Positions 37,880 through 50,619 of a DNA stretch of 64,000 bases are shown one piece after another (position 1 is the first letter of the stretch; each line of letters begins with the position of its first letter). The translations under genes and the position numbers were made by a program. The DNA comes from Octopus bimaculoides (Eukaryota): the NCBI RefSeq assembly GCF_001194135.2, contig NC_068988.1, positions 73,282,008-73,346,007 on the forward strand, given 5' to 3'. The notes beneath the pieces were generated by a model. The model ran no database searches. It had not been told where the DNA came from and was given only the letters and a program-made list of their open reading frames with translations.

Positions 37880-39855
37880 TAATATGTGCAAATTAGTCAG
37901 TTGCCATAATAAAACTGAGAGTTTCAGATGTCGGGGCAGAAGTCTGCTCTGGCATCTCATCGGTTATTAAGACAAACAAAAATGCTATGAAAATGATAGT
38001 TAAATAAAGGGAAATTACTATGAAGATGACCGTTATTAAGACCAACAAAAGAGCTATGAGAATGACCGTTAAATAAAGGGAAATTCCCCAAATAGGGAGA
38101 AAGCAAAATTACTCAATGAAGGTAAAAACCACGCACATAGAAGCCACACATGTGTGTATGTACATACACATGCGTGCACACGCACCCATGCGCATATGCA
38201 AATGTGCATATACTCACTCACACTTGCATGAAACACATATTGCACCCCCCCCCACATACACACATATATATGCATCGATACATATGTAAACATACACACA
38301 TACATACCCGCACACATGCACACACACACGTATATATACCCATATTCGCACAATTATGTACATATACACGTCTCTATACATACATGCACAAATATGCAGG
38401 GTGAAAGGTAATGTACAGAAAAAATATATAAAGCAAAAAAAAAAAAAAGATAAATAATATATATAAAAATATGTAAAAATATATATGTAAGAAATGAAAT
38501 GCTTGTATGTGGACACAATATAAAAAGCAGGTTCTATCAGTGATTTTGGGTGGACTAAAATGTAACAAATATTTAGCCATATGTGGACATGATTCAAAAA
38601 GTTCAGTTCTTCAACTTAGATATGTAGCGGTGTTTAAGGAGCTTTTCCAGGTGAGCCATCTTTCCATATCACAAAGACCGCACTTTCCACTGCTGCTGGT
38701 GTAAGGCTTACACTTGGCTAAGATCTTCCAATGAATGTTATAGTTGACATCTTTTTCTTTTAAGGACCATATATAACTGGATAATTTGGTTGTTTTTCTT
38801 TTTTCCCAGTGTCTGAAGCTTAAGGTGAACCTGGCTTTGAAATTCCCCCCTCATATTTCTTATCCTTAGTGGTTGTAAAGTCCTTAGTGGTCTCAGTCAT
38901 GCAAGCTCCATTTAGCGGACACAAATTTTTATCCCTGCATGAACAGCTGGTTTCATTTTGTTGTTTTTATGTATTGTGTGCAATTATATTTTTAAAATTA
39001 GTAATTTTTAGGCTATGCCTGTAAAAAAGCTTCCTATAATTATGATTAGCTGGAAAATGCCTATCTATAAGTGATAAGAAATATTTACTGATATTAAAGG
39101 TAACTTCGGGTGAGTAAGGGGGTGAAAACCAGATAATTTTCCCACTCCTATGTTTCATTTTCTTTATTACAGGACTGGTAACATGTGTATAGGTTATTTC
39201 CTTGATAAATCTACTATCTTTCAGAGCTTTATTATATATTGGGGCAACACTATTAGAAATGTTTCTATCAGAGGAGAGGCTAGGAATTCCCTTGCTAATT
39301 TTTCTAAATAAGTTCTTAAACACTATGGGGTGGGGACCTTCATTAATATAACTAATATGCAGGAACCTACATTAATATAACTAAGTATATCGTTGGGCAT
39401 ATTTGTGCATGTGTGTATAGAGACGTGTATATAAACATAATTGTGCGTGTATGAGTATATATACATATGTGTGTGCGGGTCTGTATGTGTGTATGTTTAC
39501 ATATGTATGGATTCCTACATATATATATATATATGTGTGTGTGTGGGGGGCTGTGCATGTATGTGTTTCACGCGAGTGTGAGTGAGGATATGCATATATG
39601 CACATGCATGTGGGTGGGTGTGCACACATGTGTATGTACATGCGCGCATACCCATATTCCATGAGTGTGGTTTTACCTTCTTCGAGTAATTTTACTTTCT
39701 CTCTATTCAGGTATTTCCCTTTATTTAACAGTCATTTTCATAGCATTTTTGTTTGTCTTAATAAGTGACGAGATGCTGGGGGAGACTTCTGCCCCAACAT
39801 CCGAAACTCTGAGTTTTATTATGACAACTGACTAATTGTCTCATATTATATTGTG
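37880..39855 (-). mobile_element. Penelope-like element (thumb + GIY-YIG remnants, 39330->38570) bracketed by ~500-bp inverted repeats
   Basis: Minus ORF LSSDRNIS..VAPIYNKALKDS...KIIWFSPPYS...KYFLSLIDRHFPANH, then CSCRDKNLCPLNGAC. 37880-38400 is the reverse complement of 39395-39855. Confidence 0.85.
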
Positions 39856-39857
39856 TG

Positions 39858-39889
<32 letters not shown>

Positions 39890-39899
39890 CACATACATA

Positions 39900-40690
39900 C
39901 ATACAGGTGGCACTGGCAACAATAACGCTTGAATGGTGCTTTTAACATGTCACAGGCACATGTGCCAATCTGGCGGTACTGTCATCAGCCACAACAATGA
40001 TTTCACTTGCCTCAACGGTTCTTCACGAGTGCAGATTTTTGCCTAATGATTGAAAGGTACTCTTATATGGGCTGGTTATGCTGCACTGGTATAGGCCATG
40101 GTTACTGTCTCACTTGGCTTGCTGGGTCTTCTCAGGCACAGCATATCTCCAAAGATCTCGGTCACTTGTCGTTGCCTTGGTGATGATCAATATTCGATGG
40201 TCGTGTTTCACTACCTCATCCCAAGTCCTCCTGGGTCTACCTCTTCCACAGGTTCCCTCAACAGCTAGAGTGTGACACTTTTTCACACAGTTATCCTCAT
40301 CCATTCTCACCACATGACCTTACCAGTGCAGTCGTCTCTCTCGCAGACCACATCTAATGCTTCTTAGGTCCAACTTTTCTCTCAAGGCACTTACACTCTG
40401 TTGTGTATACACATTGACATTACACAGCCAGTGGAGCATATTTGCTGCATTTCTTGCAAGCTTATGCATGTTGTCAGCAGTCACAGCCCATGTTTCACTG
40501 CCATATAGCATGGCTGTTCGCACACATGCGTCATACAGTCTGCCTTTTACTCTGAGTGAGAGGCCCTTTGTCACCAGCAGAGGTAAAAGCTCTCTGAACT
40601 TTGCCCAGGCTATTCTTATTCTAGCAGCTACACTTTCAGAGCATCCACCTCCGCTACTGACTTGGTCACCAAGGTAATTGAAGCTATCAA
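39900..40690 (-). mobile_element. RTE LINE C-terminus running into its 3' UTR
   Basis: KGRLYDACVRTAMLYGSETWAV...RERRLHW*GHVVRMDEDNCVKKC...GRGRPRRTWDEVVK, followed by the 65-bp unit also seen at 29400-29500. Confidence 0.92.
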
Positions 40691-40739
40691 CTACTTGTAG
40701 TTTTTCCTATATATATATGATATATATATGTACATATAG

Positions 40740-41545
40740 GCACAGGAGTGGCTGCGTGGTAAGTAACTTGCTTACCAATCCCATGCTTCCAGGTTCAGTC
40801 CCACTGCATGGCACTTTGGGTAATTGTCTTCTACTATAGCTGCAAGCCGACCAAATCCTTGTGAGTAGATTTGGTAGATGGAAACTGAAAGAAGCCTGTC
40901 ATATATATATATGTGTGTGTATACATATGTTTGTGTCTGTGTTTGTCCTCCCACCGTTGCTTGACAACTGATGTTGGTGCATTTATGTTCCCTTTACTTA
41001 GTGGTTTGGGCAAAGAGAACGATAGAATAAGTACCAGGGTTACATAGAATAAGTCCTGAGTTTGATATGTTCGACTAAAAAGTCAGTGCTCCAGCATGTT
41101 TGCAGTGAAATGACTGAAACAAATTAAATTATTTATATTATTTATATGTGACTGTGTGGTAAGTAGCTTGCTTACCAACCGCATGGTTCTGGGTTCAGTC
41201 CCACTGCGTGGCACTTTGGACAAGTGTCTTCTACTATAGCCTCTAGCCAACCAAAGCCTTGTGAGTAGATTTGGTAGATGGAAACTGAAAGAAGCCCGTC
41301 GTATATATATGTGTGTGTGTGTGTTTGTTTGTGTGTGTTTGTGTGAATGTGTGTGTGTGTGTGTGTTTGTCCCCTCACCATCCCTTGACAACCAATGTTG
41401 GTGTGTTGATATCTCTATAACTTAGTGGTTTGGCAAAAGAGACCGATAGGATAAGAACTAGGCTTACAAAGAATAACTCTGGGGTCGATTTGTTCGACTT
41501 AATTAGGTGGTGCAATCAAATGACTGAAACAAATAAAAGAATAAA
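40740..41545 (+). mobile_element. Two head-to-tail copies of the abundant SINE (40740-41125, 41148-41545)
   Basis: Both start GGCTG(C/T)GTGGTAAGTA.CTTGCTTACCAA, with B-box GGTTCAGTCCC, and end AATGACTGAAACAAAT. Confidence 0.9.
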
Positions 41546-41585
41546 ATAATATATATATATTTATATATATANNNNNNNNNNNNNN

Positions 41586-41960
41586 CAGACGAGGACAGGT
41601 GGTGTAAACAACAAAAGGATGTATTAGTTTAACGCTCGAGAATAGAGAAAGTCTTTAAACGTTTCGAGCTACGCTCTTCAACAGAAAGAAATAAGCAGAA
41701 AAACAAGGAGAAAAAAAATTTTAATGTTGTGGTCAGCGATCTATCATGGCGACTGCCGGACAGAAAGTTCACACAGGAGAGTTAAGAAAAAGGGGAGATA
41801 ACAAAAGGGGAAGGAAGGGGAAAGAAGCGGTGAAACCAAATGCGAGAAGCTGTGTGTGTGTGTGAGAGAGAATGCTGGTGATCTTAATGTATGTATGTGT
41901 GTATGTAGGTGTGACAAAATGAAGAAGGGAGAAGGGAGTTGGTCAATGCTAGTGTGTGCG
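41586..41960 (-). mobile_element. Penelope-type 3' UTR/pLTR fragment with hammerhead-like motif (41657-41684)
   Basis: Minus strand TCTTT-CTGTTGA-A-GAGC-GTA-GCTC-GAAAC-GTT-TAAAGA. Downstream sequence resembles that after the 37476 motif (..GAGCGT..AATA..). Confidence 0.55.
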
Positions 41961-42410
41961 TGGTGGTGTGTTGTGAAGTGATATATCTATATATATATAT
42001 ATATATATATACTATGGACGATTCAAATGAATTATCTTTGTGTCAACATGTACCTCCTTAGGACAGTGTAAACTTTATTTAATCAAGATACCCTCAGCCA
42101 TAAGAGTAGCCTGCAGTATACACCTCGCTTGCATATTTACTACTTCCTAGGTTCTGCTTGCTATGAAACATATGTAGCCCAGATATCATCTACTCCATTC
42201 CTTAACTCTTGTATTTTATTTGCATACTTGGTGACTCTGCCTGCCTACCATGAAATATAAAACATTTTTTCAGCTTACCATCCTATGATATGGAAAAAAT
42301 CCACAATCTTCCACCTCAATAAACCACTATTGGTCCTAAAAGTTGTTTTTTATATTCTCTACAGTTTGCTTGAAGCTAACCTTCTTCCTTGGATCTTACA
42401 TTTATATATA

Positions 42411-42614
42411 TATTGTTATATTTTGGGATGGTCAATTCATTCTTCACTTCAGATTTATTATCGTTCTTATTTTATGTCCTTCGTCTGGAAATCTTTCGTC
42501 ACACATCTTGTGACCTCTTCAGTGACTCTCCATTCCATGTGTCTTGAATATATATAGTGCGTGTGTTTATTTGGTAAAAAAATAAAAAAGCGACCATCCT
42601 AAAATATAACAATA
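42411..42614. mobile_element. ~200-bp MITE-like element with 23-bp TIRs
   Basis: TATTGTTATATTTTGGGATGGTC (42411) vs GACCATCCTAAAATATAACAATA (ends 42614), one mismatch, TA-rich flanks. Confidence 0.7.
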
Positions 42615-42668
42615 TCTGTTTAAACACACAGTTTCACATCATGAATCTTGCAAAACAAATACATAAAC

Positions 42669-42716
<48 letters not shown>

Positions 42717-42859
42717 CCTACATATGTGTGTGTGTGTGGTGTCCGGTTAATTCATCAATCACAATTTGTCATCATTTAACTTGTCCCCAGTCAATACATC
42801 AAGATCATAGGAAAAATGGAAGAACAAATATCTGAATTAAAAAACGTTTATTTTAAGGT

Positions 42860-44160
42860 TTGCTGTATTACATATTTATTTATTCTTAAAATTTAAGATT
42901 GTGTGCAATTGCTTTTAGAAAAAAATTATGTTTTGGCTTGGATCATATTTTTCCATGACATTTTTATACACAGGATCATATCTCTGTATATTTTCTTTTG
43001 GCTTGGTTTTTCTTGCATAAGCTTCCACAATTTGGGACTGGCAAACCTTTCCTCACATTTAATCACTTCAATATGTTTCCAAAGATTTAGATGACTAATA
43101 TTCACTATGGTTTCCAGCAAGCTGTGGTAGGCTTCTAAACTATTTGTAGTATGAGCAATCTCTGTCATACATTGATCCTAAACATTCCATATAGGTAATG
43201 GAAATGGAGGTTCAAGGCGTCACCTTCTCTGTCCTCTTCCTCTAGGTGGTCCTATATAATTATTTTCAAAATAGGATACAATTGACTGTGGAATATCATC
43301 ATCATCAGCAAGTTGTTCATATCCATCTACAACATCATCAACTGGCAGGAAGGCAAGGGCAACAAAACACTGGATTTTTAGACTAAAACTGTCATCTTTG
43401 TGATATCTGCATTTTAGTCCTTCTTGCACAACATACTTGTACACATTTTATCTTAAATGAAAGAAGCAGCATGCCAAATTCGATGCAGGAAACGATACCA
43501 GAAATCTGTTATGGGCTGCATTTTTGAAATTCCTAATTATATTATCATGTCCTTCCTTCTGCAGTAATTCATTTATTTTGGCAAAAAGTCTACTCTGTGT
43601 CTTGACTTTTATCAGAGAGCAATGCGAACAATTGTGGGGCATTAAAATTATCAATTTGAATGTGAAGTATATATAACTGAAATAATATACTAGAGCAGCA
43701 CTTAAATGTTCCATCTTCCGCCTAGTTCTTGTGCTGTTTTAACTGTCGAAGTGGTACTTTGTCACTTGCAAATATTAGTATTCGTTTTGAATCTTGCATC
43801 CCGCTGTCATTCTGTCAAAACGTTTCATTATTGTCAAGGTAGGAGTATTCACTTGGAATGGAAAATCCAATATTTGTAAGTTAGGTGGCAGGATAGTTGA
43901 AACCAGCTTGCCTCTGTGCAAACGGAGGTATTTGCGACAATGTACAGTCCTTTAAATTCTGAACTTCACTAGCGATAACTGAACGAGGGGCATCACAAGA
44001 TGAAATAGACTTTACTTTAATATTAGAAACTACTATCCTTGCATTTATCTCTGCAGCAATTGAAGCATGATTATGGATCCCAATCTTCTTAAGCTCCTTA
44101 TAATTTTCATCTGTATGAAGTCTCACCTTGCACACACAATTTTTTCATCCCCAATATGTC
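42860..44160 (-). mobile_element. Decayed Mutator-like (MULE) transposase with FLYWCH-like N-terminus
   Basis: CKVRLHT...HNH (FLYWCH-like); EDGTFK (first catalytic D); NFKNAAHNRF..SFP....CCFFHL; LAFLPVDDV..YFENNYIG; TTNSLEAYHSLL...HLNLWKHIEVIKCEE. Frameshifted; no TIRs recognised. Confidence 0.88.
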
Positions 44161-45134
44161 TGCAATCTATCTGCATTCTGCTTATTTTTTGTATATATAT
44201 GATTTTCTTGATCGATCACTTTGATTTTTCCTTTCTCTGAAGTTATGATCTTGCATGTAGTCATGTTGATGGGTAGGCGTATTGAATAAATTTAATTCGA
44301 TTTGCTTGAAAATCTTTGTAAACTGTTCATTGCAGAAACTTGGGAGAGAGAGAGGGCAGGTTAAAGAAAGGAAAGAGAGAGAGAGAGAGAGANNNNNNNN
44401 NNNNNNNNNNNNNNNNNNNNNNNNNNNNNNNNNNNNNNNNNNNNNNNNNNNNNNNNNNNNNNNNNNNNNNNNNNNNNNNNNNNNNNNNNNNNNNNNNNNN
44501 NNNNNNNNNNNNNNNNNNNNNNNNNNNNNNNNNNNNNNNNNNNNNNNNNNNNNNNNNNNNNNNNNNNNNNNNNNNNNNNNNNNNNNNNNNNNNNNNNNNN
44601 NNNNNNNNNNNNNNNNNNNNNNNNNNNNNNNNNNNNNNNNNNNNNNNNNNNNNNNNNNNNNNNNNNNNNNNNNNNNNNNNNNNNNNNNNNNNNNNNNNNN
44701 NNNNNNNNNNNNNNNNNNNNNNNNNNNNNNNNNNNNNNNNNNNNNNNNNNNNNNNNNNNNNNNNNNNNNNNNNNNNNNNNNNNNNNNNNNNNNNNNNNNN
44801 NNNNNNNNNNNNNNNNNNNNNNNNNNNNNNNNNNNNNNNNNNNNNNNNNNNNNNNNNNNNNNNNNNNNNNNNNNNNNNNNNNNNNNNNNNNNNNNNNNNN
44901 NNNNNNNNNNNNNNNNNNNNNNNNNNNNNNNNNNNNNNNNNNNNNNNNNNNNNNNNNNNNNNNNNNNNNNNNNNNNNNNNNNNNNNNNNNNNNNNNNNNN
45001 NNNNNNNNNNNNNNNNNNNNNNNNNNNNNNNNNNNNNNNNNNNNNNNNNNNNNNNNNNNNNNNNNNNNNNNNNNNNNNNNNNNNNNNNNNNNNNNNNNNN
45101 NNNNNNNNNNNNNNNNNNNNNNNNNNNNNNATAT

Positions 45135-45545
45135 ATATCTTTCTCTTTTATCTCTTTTACTTGTTTCAGTCATTTGACTGCGGCCATGCTGGAGCACCGC
45201 CTTTAGTCAAGCAAATCGACCCCGGGACTTATTCTTTGTAAGCCTAGTACTTATTCTATTGGTCTCTTTTGCTGAACCGCTAAGTGACGGGGACATAAAC
45301 ACACCAGCATCAGTTGTCAAGCAATGCTAGGGGGACAAACACAGGCACACAAACACATACCCACACATATATATATACATATGTACGACGGGCTTCTTTC
45401 AGTTTCCGTCTACCAAATCCACTCACAAGGCTTTGGTCGGCCTGAGGCTATAGTAGAAGACACTTGCCCAAGATGCCACGCAGTGGGACTGAACCCGGAA
45501 CCATGTGGTTGGTAAGCAAGCTACTTACCACACAGCCACTCCTGC
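45135..45545 (-). mobile_element. Full-length, young-looking copy of the abundant tRNA-derived SINE
   Basis: Minus head GGAGTGGCTGTGTGGTAAGTAGCTTGCTTACCAACCACATGGTTCCGGGTTCAGTCCC; CpGs largely retained. Confidence 0.9.
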
Positions 45546-45548
45546 GCC

Positions 45549-45628
<80 letters not shown>

Positions 45629-47983
45629 AAGAGAGAAAGGGAGAGACATACACACACCAAGTTAAACTAGACCTGTTGGTTGATTTGAATAACATCACAA
45701 TTAAAAGATGTAAATGAAACTGCATAATGCAAGAATTGAGTTTTAAAATTTCTTTTGTCAAACTGCTTATACACACCAGTTACAACTTTTGCTGACCAAA
45801 ACATGAGGCAGTAATATATTTAAACAAATTATTATTATTAAAAAGTAACACATTCCCAAGGTGGTGCTCCATCATGACCACAGTTTCATGAATGATACAA
45901 GAAAAAGGTAAAAGATACTCAATCTAACACATTCTATTGTTCTTATATAAATATCTACTATTTGTGAAAGTGACCCAGACACATAGATGAAGTTTTGGTT
46001 TCATTGCAATATTTTTTCTTGACTTTGTTTTATACTTTAGGAAATGCATGAGATCAAGTTAGACAATTACCTGAGAAAGTTGACAGCTTGTATCCAGTTA
46101 CCAGCAATTGCAATGAGTTCAAGACAAAGATACTAATAACAAAACAGCTATTTTAATAAGTAGCAGAGGGAAGAGTACTTTATGCTGTAAGCAGGTGGAC
46201 TATATACAAACCTGATGAATATTTTTTGGGCTTGCTGTATTGACTTCAATACTCTCTTGTGGATGTAAAAAGAAGGTATGCTTTGTCCTCCTCACTCTAT
46301 ATAGTAGTCAGTTAGCCTGACCACCTATTGATGGATACTTCTGACCAAAATAAATTAGATAACCAGCTCAATAATCTGACAATACTTAAAATTAAAAGAG
46401 CAATAAACCTGCATTTGGAACTCCTTTGATTTTTTAATTCAAGTCATGTCAGGTTTTATGCATTTATTTATTTTCATGGGAATAAAATAATGCAGAATTT
46501 ATACTGAACAGGGCGTCTATGTAGGACTGTGAAACATGTTTGAAAGGACGTAAGTTGCTGGTTAGTAGGCGTTTATATTCCAAAACACTATTTCAAAAAT
46601 AATACAGACATTATATTATTCACTGAAGCTTTACAATAGATGTCCTACTTAGCACTTGTTAGCATTAAAAAAATTCTTTTATAAACCTATGTCTTCTCCA
46701 GCCTGTTACCTGGGACAAAGACAACCTGAGTCATTTTACAAATATCCTGAGAATGTAATTTAGTCCACCTCATTTAAATAGCTTGGCCTTATTGCCTACA
46801 ATATTTATATCAACTAAGGAAAGTATTCTGTCTGGCTTTTTAAAATTAAAGTGATTGCAAATTTTCTATTGTTATCAACTCTTTAGGTTGCAGTATAATA
46901 AATAACAAAACACTTATAGGGAAATCCTGAAATTGCTACTATAAATAATAGTATAAGTTATATAAAGTACATGAATTATACTGTTAATGGTATTCTCTCC
47001 CAAGTTGACAATGTGGCATGAGTGCAAATCATAGTGTATATATAGCGAAAAGAAAAACGTCATCCGTGTTTGTTTTACAGCGTTGGTAAATGTAATTATG
47101 TATGACCTGCTTTATTTATGAATGGTGGTTATAAATATGTATTGTATTAATTTGTAGAAACATTTTATTTTTCAAAAATAAATTTTTTCATATATTAACA
47201 GTTTTAATAAAAAAAAAATGCTGTATGTAATTTACATGGGTTATTTTTATATACAAAACAGAGCTAAAGAACTCCTCCTCACCTGCATTCAAATTTGAAA
47301 CTTTTAGCAAAAAAGGAAACTGGTTTAATTCTTAAAACCAAAATGCTAATTTTATATAAATTGCTTTCAATAAAGCATGAACAAATTTGTTTTAGCAATA
47401 ATGCTTGTCTTGTGACATTAATCATGTGTTGGAATTTGTACATACCCATACACAAATAGTCAGACTTTTATAACAACCAATTTGTATTTGGCATTTATAT
47501 GCTCCCACTCTCAAACATGTGGACATTTATACTGTTATTAATCATAACTGAAGGAGGTGACCAATGTATTTATAAAAGATTTTAAATAAATTTTACAAGG
47601 TGAATTAAAGTAACTCCTTTTGAAATGGTTAGTGAAGGTGCTGGCGAAAGTTTGTATCCTAATGAAAAATAGATAATTATTTTTCATAACAATCCAGTTA
47701 TTTTTGTCTTCCTGTAAATATAAATAATGCAATCTATTGCCTTGCAATTCTGACTAGTTATGTCATAAACATCCATCATTTGTTGGAAGACATTTTCAGG
47801 GATGTGTCTGTCACATATTCTCTTACCTACATGCCACAATATCTATCTATCATCCATGTGTATTCGTAAATGCCCATTGCACATTTTTTTGTTAGTGAAA
47901 GGAATAAAAAATACCTTTATGCATTTCTCTGAGTAAATTTTATTTTATTTTTCATAGAAGTACATGAAAAGTAACAATTCTAC

Positions 47984-48019
<36 letters not shown>

Positions 48020-49212
48020 TGACAACGGCAATGACAACATCAACAACAATAATAATAATAATAACCAGCAGCACATGTAGGAATTCCATGATAAATACAA
48101 AATTTTTTAGGTGGTTGTAAGTTTAGAGCCATAAAAATTAGTCTTCCTTTATAAATCGTATATTCTGCATTATTTTCGTTTAAAAACACTTTCCAGTTCT
48201 TCTGTAATTGAGGGAGCGTGACTTTCCTATTCTCTCAGTACTTCAGAAGTTTATTTATAAATCTAAGAGATTCACAATGGTTACAGAGAATATTCATGCC
48301 AACCATGTTTAGAGTTTTTTTTATGTTCTCTGTTATTTTCATTTTATATTCTATCTTGAACATGTTCCCTTATCTGTTGTAAATACTCACTCTGTACTCT
48401 TTGATTAATTTTTTCCTTTCTACATGTTGATGCTCCTGTGTGTTTTTTCAAGTGATTCAAACCTATATTTCTCTTTATGCTATTGCCTATACCATCTCAT
48501 TCTTTCTCTTTTTAGCTTACATCATCTGTCATCCATATTTTATAAATAAACATCAATTTTTAAGTGAGCAGAAAATAAATAATTGCACTTTTGCACATGT
48601 CTTAAGTGATAGGTGGTATAAAAAAATTATAGTTAAAAAAAAACATTTTTCATTCTCTAATCACCACTGCAACCTCCATCACCATCTCCTCACCATCACC
48701 ACCACCATCATCATTATAGTTTTCAGTAACAAAGCTCAGTTTAAGCTGTTTGATAATCAAGATTATTTTATTTCAGTTCAGCTGTTTGACTTTTCTTGCT
48801 GTTAATACAGAGTTCAAATAACAAATTTAAAAAAAAATAACATCCATGGCTATTTTGCTAAGTTTCATTGAAAAATCTATCTTTCTATGTTAAGTTTATT
48901 GCTTTAATTCCCTCTTTTCTCCACCCATCAATGTATTTATCAATGCGGATAGATAAATAGATTGACAGAAAATATAAAGACTGAATACTAAAATGTTATT
49001 TTCTTGTCAATCATAAATTATGATGTTTAGAATTTCCCCCTGCAAAACACTTTACTTGTCTTTCTCCGTCTCAATTGTCACTTCAACGAATTTTTTAACC
49101 ATGACATCCCCCTCCTCATGTTGCTATGATTTCTCTCTTTCCCTTTCTCTTCACCTCTCACTTCCACTAACCACATGACAGTTTAAGGCATTGGCTGGCA
49201 ATGACACCACTA

Positions 49213-49294
<82 letters not shown>

Positions 49295-49589
49295 CTTTCT
49301 TTAAACTCACCACCAAAATATCACCCCTCTGTATCACTTGCTTTAACTAACTTTTTAACCACATAATAAATATTATGTTCCCCCTACTTCATGTCACTGA
49401 CACTTCTCTCTCCCTGTTTCTCTCATCCTCTTTCTTTCTTTCTTCCTTTCTTTCCCTCCTCTTTTTTCTCTCTCCCTCTTTCTCTCTTGCTTTTTGCCTT
49501 TCCCTTCACCTAATCACGTGACAGTGTAATGCATTTTGGCCTTAGCATATTAATATATAAATAATAATAATAACAATAATAATAATAAA

Positions 49590-49789
49590 GATTTCAAATT
49601 TTGACACATGACCAGCAATTTTAAGGGAGGGGGACAAGTCGATTGCATCACTCCCAGCACTCAACTGGTACTTACTTGATCAACCCTGAAAGGACAAAAG
49701 TCAACCTTGGTGGAATTTGAACTCAAAACGTAGACAGACGAAATACTGATTAGCATTTTGCCTGGTGTGCTAACAATTCTGCCAGCAAC

Positions 49790-49877
<88 letters not shown>

Positions 49878-50135
49878 GTCAAAATTAAAAGAAGAGTGCC
49901 ATTTGTTATCTGGTGAACGATATTTCGACATCTCGTGTGTCTTCAACTGGTTCAAAAAATAAATTTGTCAATCTACTTCATTTTGGTTAATATAGAAAGT
50001 AGATTGACAAATTTATTTTTTGAACCAGTTGAAGACACACGAGATGTCGAAATATCGTTCACCAGATAACAAATGGCACTCTTCTTTTAATTTTGACTCT
50101 ATATCTTCAGGAGGAGTTACCTCAATCCTTTCTAT

Positions 50136-50172
<37 letters not shown>

Positions 50173-50430
50173 GTAACAACAACAACAACAACAACAACAA
50201 CAATAATAATAATAATCCTTTCTACAATAAGCAGAAGGCCTGAAATTTTGTGGGAGGGGACCAGTCGATTACATTGACCCCAGAATTTCACTGGTACTTA
50301 ATTTATTGCCCCCTGAAGAATGAAAGGCAAAGTTAACCTCAGCGGAATTTGAATTCTCAACATAAAGATGGCGTAATGTTGTTAAGCATTTTGCCTGGCA
50401 TGCTAATGATTCTGCCAGCTCACCCACCTT
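49590..50430 (-). mobile_element. Two direct copies of another tRNA-derived SINE family (49590-49788, 50215-50430); third copy at 63405-63615
   Basis: Minus head GCTGGCAGAAT(T/C)GTTAGCA...GAGTTCAAATTCC...CCTTTCA...TAAGTACCAG; (TAA)n flanks. Confidence 0.85.
49877..50098. repeat. Perfect 102-bp inverted repeat with 18-nt spacer
   Basis: 49877-49978 equals the reverse complement of 49997-50098, with no mismatch on base-by-base reading. Confidence 0.95.
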
Positions 50431-50619
50431 AATAATAATAATAATAATTTCTTTATGAACCACTAATGGTTTACACAAAGAGCAAGGATGGTACAGGATG
50501 ATACAATACAATATGATATGATGTAGAGTTACATGGGGACATGGGAACAGTAAAATAACGAAAGCAAAGAAACAGAAAAATAATTCAAACAAGGGATACT
50601 TCCAAGGGCTGCATGTGGA

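Noticed and set aside
47081-47085. Possible 5-nt microexon CAG|CGTTG|GTAAAT
   Set aside because: Frame-shifting length, a weak donor, and no flanking host coding exons in the window to support it.
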